A stretch of DNA of 64,000 nt from Blepharisma stoltei ATCC 30299 (taxonomy: Eukaryota > Protista > Ciliophora): positions 496,001 through 560,000 of the forward strand of contig CBFDEM010000043.1 of NCBI GenBank assembly GCA_965603825.1, given 5' to 3'. This document shows positions 51,400 to 62,945 of this stretch, in pieces. Both the position numbers and the translations under genes were made by a program. Within the stretch, counting starts at the first letter, position 1, and each line of letters starts with the position of its first letter. Under the pieces are notes generated by a model. The model did no database searches. It was not told where the DNA came from and saw nothing but the letters and a program-made list of their open reading frames with translations.

Positions 51400-54300
51400 G
51401 AAGATATATACATTGCAAAATACAAATTACAGACTAAAGCATTAATATTGATTCTATACTATAAGAAATTTAATTAGTATAATTTTTATTTTCAATAAAT
51501 TTATGAATATTCAAGGAAATCTCAGCATCTTTAATTTATTTCGTATCTAAAATATCTAATTTAGTCGGTTAATTATAAACAATTTAAATTATAATACAGA
51601 ACTCACAGTGAGCCAAGCAGATATTCTTAATATCACCTTTAGAATTTGGAATGATGCATCGTTAATATCAAAAACTAGAAAAGAAAAATTATATTAGAAA
51701 GTAATCACTTTTCCCTTTCAGAGAAAAAAATCATTATAATGCGTTACTGTTAGCAACAATGAACTGTGATTATTAAATTTTCAATAAAAGAGTAAAAACT
51801 CATAGAAATGGAAGAAACGTAAAGTTAAGAAATTAAGAGATCAGACTGGTTTAGTTTAAAATTTAGATAGCGATTTTTATTTAAAAGTTGATTTTTTCAA
51901 GGCCTTATAAAATACTATAAAAATAAATCGTAAGGAAAGCAATCAGTGTCTCAGAAGTGAAGGTTATGAAATATTGTTATTAATTGTGCGAAAATAAAGA
52001 ATCTCTGTTATAAGATCTAGTTATAGCCTAGATAAGATAGTTAATCGCCTTGAGCTAGAAGAGTCCTGGAAAATCTTGAGTTGGTTATGACGAGTCATAT
52101 AGGGTGATTGCTAAGCCCACTTAATATGAGACATTTGTCAATTTCCCGTTGGATAACAAGCTGGGAGTGATTCAGGATTTTTCAGCACGGGACAGTCTAC
52201 TATTTTTTCTAGGCTAGATATAAAAGTTTGCAAGCTTATTATTTTAAAAACTTATTTTAATATTTATAGTGTGTATAAATAATAATTTGTTTATTTTTTG
52301 CATGATTGCACACTAAAACTAATGATTCTTAAATTTGGCAGCTGAGCTCTATAGTGAGATATCAATTCCTAAAATAATTTTTTCGCTGCTTTCAAGAGCC
52401 ACATTTAATCTTTAACTGTTTTAATCGTTAATTATAAACAATTTGAATTAAATGGGTTTAAATTTTCTTGGATCTGCAAAGAGACTTTAAAGCTGTTTGG
52501 CTTTCTATATCTTAAAAAGATGTATCTAATGTGCAGCAAAGAAGCAAATTTAAACTTTAGTATCTGGTTTAATTTTTCTTGAGGAGAGAATGCAGCAGCA
52601 AATTTAGAGAAAACAGATGAATTCATAAACTTTAATTCAGGATTACGAACGGATGGCTAGATTTATATTTATAGCAAAAAGACATAAGCTTAATAGAAGA
52701 CTCCTTATTTAGATAAAAGGTAATTTTGTATCTCTTAACTACAAAATTTTGTTTAGTTAATCAACTTTTGAAGCCATAAACCATGCCTCTTATGCATTTA
52801 AAAGCAAAAAATGAAGCTAGATGCTCTACCTTTTATTAATTGTTTAAATTTAGAATGGAAATTCAGAAAGAAAAGATTTAACCTCAAGTTTCGAGCAAAA
52901 AGAAATTCGAATAAGATCCCAAAACGATAAAATAATTGGCAGAAATATTAGATTTCAACACTCAAGATATCTAATTTAACTCCAAATCTGCTTATGACAA
53001 AATTTTCGTTAATTTTTCAATATGAAATAAACACACCCATATCAATCCTTGCAAAAATATAATAATTCTTTTAGACACATATTTTTAATTATAAACCGAA
53101 TTTACCTTACTATTTACAAATATATAAAAATTTAGCTAACAAAATTCAAATTAAAGTTGCATTTTTAAGAAATAAAGTATCTTTAAAGTATCCTATTTTA
53201 ACCGTTATTTATAAACAATTTAAACAATAATATACGAGCATCAACTATCTTGGCAGATAGACTTTGATATTACTTCAAGCGTTTGGAAAAATTTATCGTC
53301 ACGTAGAAAGCCAGAGTAGAATATTAATATTGCTCCCGAAGAAAATGAGGGATGATCCTTCACTAAAAATAACAGAAAATTCCCCCGAACAGAGGCTTTA
53401 TATCCTGAATTGTAGAAAATTTTCCTAGTTTTGAAGACATTTACCCTTCCGCCAAGAGTTAGAGGAGATGATGATTGTCAAATATTCGGTTGTGTGCAAT
53501 CCGGTGGTACCAATGGCAGTAATAAACCGGAAAAATTCCCGAACTGAAGCAAAAGATGCCGCAGCAACTTGAATTTCAGTCCTTTACCTTCAAAAATGTT
53601 TGAGAAATAAAATAATGTCTGCTTCCTTTAGCTCAAGAGAGCAGGTTCCAACTTCCCCAAATCAGTGATACCTCGGATTTTGATCTGTTAAGAAATCTCA
53701 AAAATAGATGTGATTACTTAAATTGCTAATTAATTGAAATCTCTAATAATAAGTATGAAAAGCTTTAGAAAAAATAAGGAAGCACACCATCTTTATCCTA
53801 AATATAAATCCCAATGTCAGGAGTTCGAGACTATGCACTGACAGCTTTTACTAACATAACTGAGATAAGTTCTCTATAAGTAAGTAAGAATTGCTTGAGG
53901 AGGAATGGGGGAGTTGGTATATAAGAATCGTGATTATTAAAATTTATCAATAGTTATTATATACTTCCTGAGCATTGTGAAGATATATAACTATATCAGA
54001 AATGCAAATCACAGACTTAAATATTTTGATTGATCACTGTATGATAATATCATAAAAAAATAATTAAATGATTTATGAAAATTAAGGTAAATCAAAATTA
54101 ATATAAATTCAAAATTAAAAAGCATCTTTTTTTCGTATCTTAAAGTATCTAATTTAATCAGTTAATTATAAACAATTTACATTAGAATCAAGAACACTAA
54201 CTAGTACGGCAAACAGACTTTACATCATCTTTAGCATTTGGGAAAATTTATCATCGTATAGAACATTAAAGGAGACACAATATTTTCTAAATAAGAAATC

Positions 54301-54450
54301 GTTAAAGCATTTCAAGGAGAAATCTCTTTATTAAAACAATAGCTATTAATTTTTACGAAAGGTAACATCTTAATAGGGCAGAATCACAGATAACAGAAAT
54401 TAAGACATAGATTATCATCATTTGAAATTAAGATTGCGTAAATATAATGC
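51400..54450. repeat. Decayed repeat with four units sharing the core gtta(a/t)ttataaacaattt
   Basis: Cores near 51568, 52427, 53203 and 54161; flanking similarity extends a few hundred nt between units 1, 3 and 4. Confidence 0.7.
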
Positions 54451-54916
54451 ATAATCTAATTCAACTCAAAGCCCAGATAGCTTGAATATTTTAAAGTGAA
54501 GACATAAAGAAAACAATCTGCGCCTCAGATGAGAAGATAAAACAATGTTTATAATAATTGAGTAAAGTTAAAGATGAGTAGAGAATATGTATTATAAGAG
54601 ACAGCTATAGCCTGAATACGAGGTAATTCACCCCGCTCCATTTCAGCGCCAGCTGGTTCAAGTGCTGCTGGTAAAAAGAAGCATGAATAGCTGTCCATTG
54701 AACTAGGCCATAAATAAGTGGATTTTTGCTTCAGGTAAAATACATAGATTGAAGAAATTTGCACCAACTCAATGATGCTCATTATACACTAAAACTTCAA
54801 ATGCAATATATCATGAAGATTTTCCAAATTAACATTTTGACGACCAAAAAATAAAGATTTTTATTGCCAAATTATAAAAACATTATAATTTATATCAATA
54901 ATATTTCGTTTATAAT

Positions 54917-55762
54917 TTACATGACTGTGCAATAACAAGTATGCTCTGTTCTCCCTGATTCTTGTATTTTCTCTGATTCTGGCAGCTGAGTTGTATAGTG
55001 AGATATATCAATCCCTAAAAATGACTTTGAAACTAAGCTTGAATCGTTGTTTTTCTGGCCTTCATGGGCTGAATAAGTTAGCCTGCTAGTTTCCGCTTTT
55101 TCTGTGATAGTTTTTGTATCTCCAATTACAATTGCTACAGACTCATAGTCTAAATATTTCAATAATAGTGCAAGCAGTCCAGCCATGGCTCCATGCACAA
55201 TCGCAGCCCTATCTGGTATAATAGAAAACCCTCGCTGTGATAAATTTTGTGACACCTGGTTTTGCGTTAGTATATTTCCTCTGATATCAATCATATTAAA
55301 AGGCACAGCATCCAAGTAAAAAATTTGATGGTAAATTACTTGTTTTTTTAAAAAATCCTGACTTGTCATAACTAAATTTCTGTCAAACTGCAATTTATTC
55401 CCAGTCCGTTTCTTTAGCAGTGGGGGAGCGCCATCAGAGAGTTCTATATTTGTATTTTTGAAAAGCTTAAAACCTCCTAACAGCACGTGAATGTTAGTAG
55501 CCCCTGCTGCTCGGAAGCCTCAATAAGCTTTGCAGGAATATTCCATTCTGTCACCAGTCCCGTAACAGACTATTGCTTTATTTGAGTCTAATTCAACTGA
55601 TGCTGATTCTTTTATAAATAGATCAGGATCATCTTCAATATAAAATAGAAATGAGCCTGGGACATGCTGTGCTGGGATTTTTGACCTTGGGAGGCAATAT
55701 ATTAGCATGTAGCTTTCTGGGTTAAGCTCTTTAAGCTCTTCGTATGAAATAAAAACACTCAT
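54917..55762 (-). CDS. Tandem rhodanese/sulfurtransferase-like protein with C-terminal CaaX (CTVM)
   Basis: HVPGS and KAY-W(TGA)-GFRAAGATNIHVLLGG rhodanese motifs; the two ORFs are in frame. Start may be 55762 or 55789. Confidence 0.72.
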
Positions 55763-56181
55763 ATGGAAATCCAGCCTATTATAAAGCATTGATTACGATA
55801 TAAAATGGAATTTGCTAATGTAAAGAAATTATGAAAATATGATTAAAGCACTTGTTATGGGCAAAAATATTTGAGAATTAAAAATGTTGGTTAACTGCTT
55901 ATTTATTTATAAAATCTTGAAAAAATCACCAAAAAGATCGAAAAATATTTTTCGTATTTATCAGCTATAATCCTAAAATGAATTTCTTGCGAAGGCTGTG
56001 AAAATTTTGTGTGAGCAGCATTTCATAAAAATTAATTATAGATTGCTCAGCATTTTGCAAAGGGCTTCTGCATAAAATTTTATAGGATGTATATATATAA
56101 TTATAAATAATTTTTTTGTCAATTAAATAATAAACTGTATTCTCCTGAAATGCCATTTATCAGCGTAAATTAAATGAAATA

Positions 56182-57165
56182 ATGTGTGAAAATGACTTAG
56201 TTAAAGCAATATTTTATGTAGTTATTGGAGGAGTATGGACGCTTTATTTCATTATCTGAATGATCTACACTTATTTCATCAATCGGCAACACATAAAGCC
56301 ACTTCACAAAATCCTGACTTTTATAGTTCTTTTCAAAATGATGAATAGTGAATTTGCTGCTCTTCTTGCTTTTGCTTGTAGAGACGCAACTGGGTGGTAT
56401 CCATACTGAGGCTTAGGCTACACATCTACATATACGCTTTACAACACTTTCCTTTACACATCTCTTATTTTAATTAGCAAAGGCTTTTGCATTACCCGAG
56501 AACTTCTGGACAGAACCGAAGTCACCATTGTAGCTATCACAATGGGATCTTCTTACCTCGGCTTCAGTGCTTATATGATCCAACAAATGGAATTGTCCTT
56601 TGCCTTGCTCGCGATATTGATTATATTTTTCTATCTCAATGTAAAATACACACTCGTCAACATAAAAAACCTCCAGTGAAGATTCAGTATCCTCAGGAAC
56701 ACAAACTTGCCTGAACTTTTGGCGTCTTATGCAGCGAAAATTAATATGCTGAAATTTTACCTGCTGATTTTGCATTTGTTTTTTGTGATACAGCTGAGCT
56801 TGTTTTTAGCTGTAGAAATAGGGGATTTGGTTATAGGGGAAAATACATTAAGGGAATCAGATTTTATTACAATTCCTGATGAAATTAGTGAGAGCGTGGG
56901 GATCATGATTATTGTTATGATTTTTAGGGCAAAGGATAGAGGGCAGCTGTTTTTTTTGTCAATTTATCAGGATGAGTCTGAAGATCAGAGGCCGCCTCCG
57001 ATGATGTCAGCGAGACTACCTTTGGGATTTGATGTGCCGCGCTCAGAAGAGAAACCAATGATTGTGATGTGTCCTCAGGAGTTTAATGCTGGAAAACCTT
57101 ATAAAGCAATTATGTTGGCAACTCCATATCCTCATGGTGTTGTTTTATCTGAAGAATCTGATTAG
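56182..57165 (+). CDS. GPR107/GPR108/TMEM87-like (GOST, lung seven-TM) membrane protein
   Basis: Not shown whole in the ORF track. ATG 56182 is open via three TGA codons into ORF 56707-57165. Motifs LHKILT..K, LILISKGFCITRELL..E and YAAKINMLKFY. Confidence 0.72.
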
Positions 57166-57350
57166 TGTATTTATTTTAATTTTTTCAAAATTATTTGACT
57201 ATCATCTTAATTAATTTTTAAAAAAAACCTCATTTTCACACAAGCTGAAATCAATAAAATCCAATCTCTATACACTATATAAAATTATGTAATCATTACT
57301 TAAAAATCTCATTAAATTGCAAATATCCGATAAGCCCGACATACTTTAAC

Positions 57351-58001
57351 TTATAGCTTTAGATCCATTAACTTCCTCTTTGTAAACGCAAAAAATTTCC
57401 CTCCACACCCTCCTGTGCACGCAACCTGTTGCGCGCATCCATCACACCACTGAAACCCTGCCAAATCCTTAATAAACTGTATGTGTTTATTCAAGTCTTT
57501 TTCTAGCTTCGCTGTTTTTTCTTTGCATTTCGCATTACAAGTGTCGTTTTCCTTAATAGCTTCAATGACTTCCTGACCGAGATCCTTAATTAATTGGCTT
57601 TTGCTTGATATGATTTTTTGCTTATAAAGCTCAATCTTTTTTTCGCTATCTTGAACTACCCAATAAGTCCCAAATGTCGAGGCATAGAAGCTTATGAGGA
57701 TAAGCAGGGCAGATATAGAATAAATATAGTTATCTAGTAAGATGTTGACGTCGTGGTGGTAGATAAGAAGAAAGCCTGTTATAATATAAGCAGCTAGAAG
57801 GAATCTGGAAAACAATTGGAGCCGGGAGCAGTAGATGCTGTATTTTAGTTTCCTTTTGGCTGCTTCTTGAGAACTTTCGTTTAAACTTGATAGGATGCTG
57901 TTGTATTCTTTAAGCCCTGTCCTCTTATGAGTGAATCTCCCTATAAGAACTCCTAATGCCAATGCAACAGGAGCTATGTAATAGCACAGATCAAAGTCCA
58001 T
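57351..58001 (-). CDS. Membrane protein, possibly lunapark-like (coiled coil, two TMs, coiled coil, Cys cluster)
   Basis: First ATG at 58001; hydrophobic segments flanked by coiled coils; C-terminal WCDGC..CTGGC. Confidence 0.5.
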   Translation of the reverse strand: MDFDLCYYIAPVALALGVLIGRFTHKRTGLKEYNSILSSLNESSQEAAKRKLKYSIYCSRLQLFSRFLLAAYIITGFLLIYHHDVNILLDNYIYSISALLILISFYASTFGTYWVVQDSEKKIELYKQKIISSKSQLIKDLGQEVIEAIKENDTCNAKCKEKTAKLEKDLNKHIQFIKDLAGFQWCDGCAQQVACTGGCGGKFFAFTKRKLMDLKL

Positions 58002-58057
58002 TTCTAGATAAAAATATAAAAATGATAATAAAATTGTCAATTCACCTAAATAATTAA

Positions 58058-58831
58058 TTAAGATATGTGCCCGTTAGGATGTTTGCTTGAGATTACTCCA
58101 GCACTTGTAACGAGCTTATTCAGTCCGAAGCTAGCAAAACCTTCTCCGTCAGTTTGAAGATATGGAGTGCATTGCTCAAGAATTTTTTTCTTAGGATTCA
58201 AAGCAGGTAAGATTGGCTCATTTGAAGCAGCGCGAATATTTTCTATTCCTACCCTTTCCCCTACAGCAGACCCTACTGGTGGCCTGACTAGTTCAAAGCC
58301 AGTTGGAGTATGCAAGGCAAAGACCATTCCATTTGAGTTAAACCCAGCAAGCTTTCTTGGCTTTAAATTCGCACAGACAAGGACAAGTCCGCTCATGTCT
58401 TCGATTGGGATGTGTTTTTGAAGCCCACTGCCGATTTCTCTGAGATTTCCTTCACCAAGGTCAATTTTTTCACAGTAAAGAGCTTCGCTGCTAGGATGTT
58501 TCCAGCATTCGACAATTCTTCCTACTCTTATATCAATTTGGTTGAATAAGTTGAGTGGAGCTTCTGCAAGGTTGACCTTAATTTCTTCTTCATGATGAGA
58601 AGAGGCTGCAGATTCTGTTGCTTTTGAAGCTGTTTTAGTTTCCTCAGTCTTAGGAGTTTCTTCAGCTTTTTGTTCTTCTTTTGGAGCTGCTTGAGGAGTC
58701 TCTACAGCTGAGCTTTGAAGGGCTTTCTCTTCTGGAGTTCGCAAATTTTCATTTAGCGTTGCTTCAGTCACTCCTAGCTGATTTTCCAGCTTTTTAATCA
58801 ACAAATCTATAGCTTCTCTTGCTCGGGCCAT
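58058..58831 (-). CDS. Arc1p/AIMP1 (EMAP II-like) tRNA-binding OB-fold protein
   Basis: DIRVGRIVECWKHP..LYCEKIDLGE..REIGSGL..ANLKPRKLAGFNSNGMV; LNPKKK. Confidence 0.88.
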   Translation of the reverse strand: MARAREAIDLLIKKLENQLGVTEATLNENLRTPEEKALQSSAVETPQAAPKEEQKAEETPKTEETKTASKATESAASSHHEEEIKVNLAEAPLNLFNQIDIRVGRIVECWKHPSSEALYCEKIDLGEGNLREIGSGLQKHIPIEDMSGLVLVCANLKPRKLAGFNSNGMVFALHTPTGFELVRPPVGSAVGERVGIENIRAASNEPILPALNPKKKILEQCTPYLQTDGEGFASFGLNKLVTSAGVISSKHPNGHIS

Positions 58832-59057
58832 TTATTATTTATATTTACCTTTACCTTAATCAATTCACTAAAATCGTCATTTATATGGAATAATAATAAA
58901 AATTAATGGCAGGATCAAGGGTAAGCTCTTCACCTAGATGCTTACAAGTATTACTGCAAAAGCAAAGAAGAGACTTATTCCAGCATTATTTATTATTTTT
59001 CTGGGCCGCGTTCTTCTACATATTATTATATACAAAAATACATACCTATTAAAATTA

Positions 59058-61325
59058 TTAAGCAAGTTGCAGCTTTTGGAGTTTTTCAGCCACAGCAGAG
59101 AGTAAGGACTGCTCGTTTTTCTTTGGGATTAATAAAGGAGCGGAATAGTCTGAGTCCACCACAAAGTGCTGATTTATATCAGCTTCGCTGAGACATTTTG
59201 GCTTAAAGCAGACAAGGCCAGTTCCAGCTGAAAATTTTTGTTCAAGAGAGGAGGAAAACATGCCAGCTTTGCCGAGACCCCAGCCAAAGAGCTTAGCGCT
59301 GTCAGACAGGGCTAAGACGTGATTTTCTCCACAGATGACATCGATTATTACTTCTTCTTTTAGGGTTTCTACTCTGATGGGGTGGTCTGAGCTTGTTTCT
59401 GAACTGCCTTGGCCTAGTTGACCTTGTTCTCCATTTCCCCAGACAAGGATTTGTCCAGTTTCAGTTAAACAAGCAGAAAAAATGGACCCCGCAGAGATTT
59501 TTACTATGTTTAAGGAGTCCAATGCAGAAATTAAGGTAATTTCTTTGCTCATTGATTGGTTAGTAAGCTCATCTCGAGAGATTCCTAATTGGCCATCCTC
59601 CCCCCAGCCAAATGCAAAAACTTTGCCATTAGTATCTAATGCTAATGTATGGGCTTCTCCACATGCGATCGCTTTAATAGTGATGTTCCTTTCTGAAAAG
59701 TAATTAATTTTTAACGGGACAAGAGAGACATACCCTGTTTCATCCTTGCAGAGCTCCCTAAACGGGATCCCAAGCTGATATACATCTCCTCTACCCCAAG
59801 AATAAACAGATCCATTATTTGTTACAGCTACAGTATGATACCCTCCACATTCCAAATACACTACACTTTCTCTCGCTAATGCTTTCACTTGTCTAGGAAA
59901 ACTATGTGAATGCAAATTTCCATGCCCTAGACACCCAGAAGCTCCATATCCCCAAGTCATTACTTTTCCTTCATTTGTGACTAATACACAATGCTCATAA
60001 CCGCATGAAAGTCAGGAAACTGAAGATCTTGCGATACTTTGTAATACTTTTTCCGATAAGAGAGAAGGCCTGAAGGAGGAATTGTTGGCTATTGCTTTGT
60101 TTTGGGCGTCGATATTGGAGTACTCTAGTTGTAATGCTGAGTTGAAGCCTGAGCAGCAGACACTGGCGAGAAGTTCTAGCAGGGCAGAATAGCCTGTTTG
60201 GTCTTCAAAATTATTTGCTTGAGTGCATATAGCGATTTTTCTCATAATTGGGGAATATGGGTTGCAGCCAGTTATAGCCGCGAATGAATCAGAGCTTATT
60301 TCTGACCATGAAGAAATAGAGATTGCAAAGCTTGCGAGGACTTTAGGCTCTAGCTTTATTAAAGCAGGCTTAAAATGACGAGCAATCATAATATTTTTTG
60401 ATGCAGAAGGGCTTGAGCAATAAACTTGTAGAGGATGGGCCGTTCCTTCTTCAGCTAACGACATTATTGAGTCTTCATTGATTTTTTCGTCTCCGAAACT
60501 TTCGCTCAACCTATCATATGGCATCAATTCAAAATTTTTCTTAAAATCATTTAGCATGTTCGGCTCCCATTCAATGTCACTTGTATCTTGTAATTTTTCT
60601 TGAAAAATGTCGCTTTCTCCACTTGTTTTTTCAGCTATAACTTCATTGGTAGACCCTCTAGGAGTTAATCGCAAGTTTGACTTCGAAATGATGGAGTTAT
60701 AAGAGCTTGCTGGCGTTATGGATTGGTAAAATCTTTCATCATTAGCCTTTGCATGGAAATTCCTCTGTATTTGTAAAATCATTTCTTTATCCGCATTATC
60801 AATCACTGGCTTTTCTATTTCTTGGTCAGTTTCAGGATTAGTCTGACTACTCTCAAAAAACCTAAAATTTAACGAATTTCTTCCTAAAAACTCTTCGGAA
60901 TTCGAAATTTTTGACGAGACAGAAATGTTTATAGAGCGACTAATTTCAATAGAGTTCACTGGGACTTGATTTATCTGCATAAAAGTTACTTGACTTTCCT
61001 GGGTACTGATTCCATGACTGTCTTCACTCCCTTTGCTAAAAGGACTAGATGAGCTTAGAACTTCTAGGTTTTTCTTAATATTAATCCTGTCTGCAAAGGT
61101 CAGCTTATTTGTCAGTAAAAGTGCTCGATGGTTACTATCGGTGGAAGTCAGATATTCAGCATCTAGAATTGGGTATCGATACAAGGCATCATTTGTGAAA
61201 GATGAAAATTTGGATAGAAAAGGAGAAATAGGGGTTAAGCCTGAATATTCTTGAGATTTTATAAGCTGATAGACAGATGGAGAATCGGTTGAAATTTCGC
61301 TTGAACGAAGTGACTGCGTTTCCAT
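59058..61325 (-). CDS. RCC1-repeat (beta-propeller) protein with a long low-complexity N-terminus
   Basis: Repeats of CG..H..A..G.V..WG....GQLG; the ORFs join in frame via TGA 60012-60014 (VS-W-LSCGYEHC). Confidence 0.85.
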
Positions 61326-61687
61326 ATTTTAAATTGTGTAATCATTAGGCAGTTTTAGATAAAATAATAAGTAGATATGAAATGACGTAAGAGGGGCTGT
61401 AAGGGTTACAGATATTGGTAGAAAAGAGAAGTTTATGAAATGGCAAAGAAGCTTAATATAGGCTCTATATAAGTATATATAAATTATCTAATAGACATTT
61501 CCGATCTCAATATATATTCCTGATTAAAAATAATCAAAATTTTTATTACTTGAAAAAATTCTTTTAAAATTTACACCCAGCAGCCAATATATAATATCAA
61601 TAAATCAAGTTGAATTTTCACATTTATTCAGTACTACAAGTAAGCCACCTAATTTTAATCTCAATTTTCCATTAAATTACAATAAAA

Positions 61688-62905
61688 ATGTTGGCCAGAT
61701 CTTTAAATCTAAGCACAAGAATTTTATCTCGCCCAATTAGCAGCGTTTTAGCTGGAAATTTCAATCTGACCGAAGATCAGCTCGCATTTCAAGAAACTGC
61801 TCTCCAATTCGCTAAAGAGCATATGGAGCCTTTTGCTAATGAATGGGATAAGACCGATCACTTCCCTATCGATGTTATCAAAATGGCTGGCAATCTTGGC
61901 TTCGGAGCCATCTATTGTAGCGACAAACATGGAGGCACAGGACTAGGGAAGCTCGAAGCAAGCATAATTCTCGAAGCTTTATCCACTGGCTGCATAAGTA
62001 CAGCCTCTTATATCAGCATCCACAATATGTGTAATGGACTTCTCGATGTTTTTGGAACTGAAGAACAGCGCTCCAAATGGCAGCCAGGGGTTTCTAGCTT
62101 TGACTTATTCACAAGCTACTGCTTAACTGAGCCAAATTCTGGCTCTGACGCTGGAGCTATGTCCACAACTGCAAAACTTGAAGGAAATGACTATGTCCTT
62201 AATGGCTCCAAAATGTTTATTAGTGGAGGCGGAGAAAGCCACTTATATTTCGTCATGACAAGGACTGGACCTAAAGAAATTTCTTGTTTTATTGTAGAAA
62301 AAGACACCCCAGGACTCAGCTTTGGCAAAAAAGAAGACAAACTTGGATGGAGGACTCAGCCCACAAGACTTGTGAATTTTGATAACTGTAAAATCCCAAA
62401 GGGAAATTTATTAGGAGAAATAGGACAAGGCATGAAAATAGCTATGAGAGGCCTTGAAGGAGGCAGATTAACCATTTCTAGCTGTGCCTTAGGAGGGGCT
62501 TGGTACGCCCTAGAAAAAGCTTCTAATTATATGGGAGAAAGAAAACAGTTCGGCAAACACTTAAAAGATTTCCAATACCTCAGGTTCAAAATGGCAGAAG
62601 CTTTAGCAAGATTAACGTCTGCAAGAATGACGACCCGAGCCTGTGCACAGCTGATGGACCAGCCTATCCAAAATAAACATATTTTTGCCTCAATTGCAAA
62701 ATTAATTGCAACTGATGACTGTGCACAAATTGTGGACGACTGCTTACAGATGTTCGGAGGATATGGACTATTAAGGGAGTACGGCATGGAAAGAATGTAT
62801 AGAGAGTTGAGAGTCTTGAAAATTGTGGAAGGGACCAATGAGATTATGCGGCATACAATCGCAAAAAATCTGTTTGACCATCATCCTCATCACCACCATC
62901 ATTAA
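61688..62905 (+). CDS. ACAD8: Isobutyryl-CoA dehydrogenase-like acyl-CoA dehydrogenase (mitochondrial)
   Basis: SYCLTEPNSGSDA, LNGSKMFISGGG, RKQFG, QMFGGYG, IVEGTNEIMR; presequence-like N-terminus. Confidence 0.88.
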   Translation: MLARSLNLSTRILSRPISSVLAGNFNLTEDQLAFQETALQFAKEHMEPFANEWDKTDHFPIDVIKMAGNLGFGAIYCSDKHGGTGLGKLEASIILEALSTGCISTASYISIHNMCNGLLDVFGTEEQRSKWQPGVSSFDLFTSYCLTEPNSGSDAGAMSTTAKLEGNDYVLNGSKMFISGGGESHLYFVMTRTGPKEISCFIVEKDTPGLSFGKKEDKLGWRTQPTRLVNFDNCKIPKGNLLGEIGQGMKIAMRGLEGGRLTISSCALGGAWYALEKASNYMGERKQFGKHLKDFQYLRFKMAEALARLTSARMTTRACAQLMDQPIQNKHIFASIAKLIATDDCAQIVDDCLQMFGGYGLLREYGMERMYRELRVLKIVEGTNEIMRHTIAKNLFDHHPHHHHH

Positions 62906-62945
62906 AACGCATAATAAAATTCATATAAAAATAGTTTAATAATAT

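Noticed and set aside
51400-54450. CRISPR array
   Set aside because: Repeats are degenerate and ~0.8-1 kb apart, there are no cas genes, and the genome is eukaryotic.
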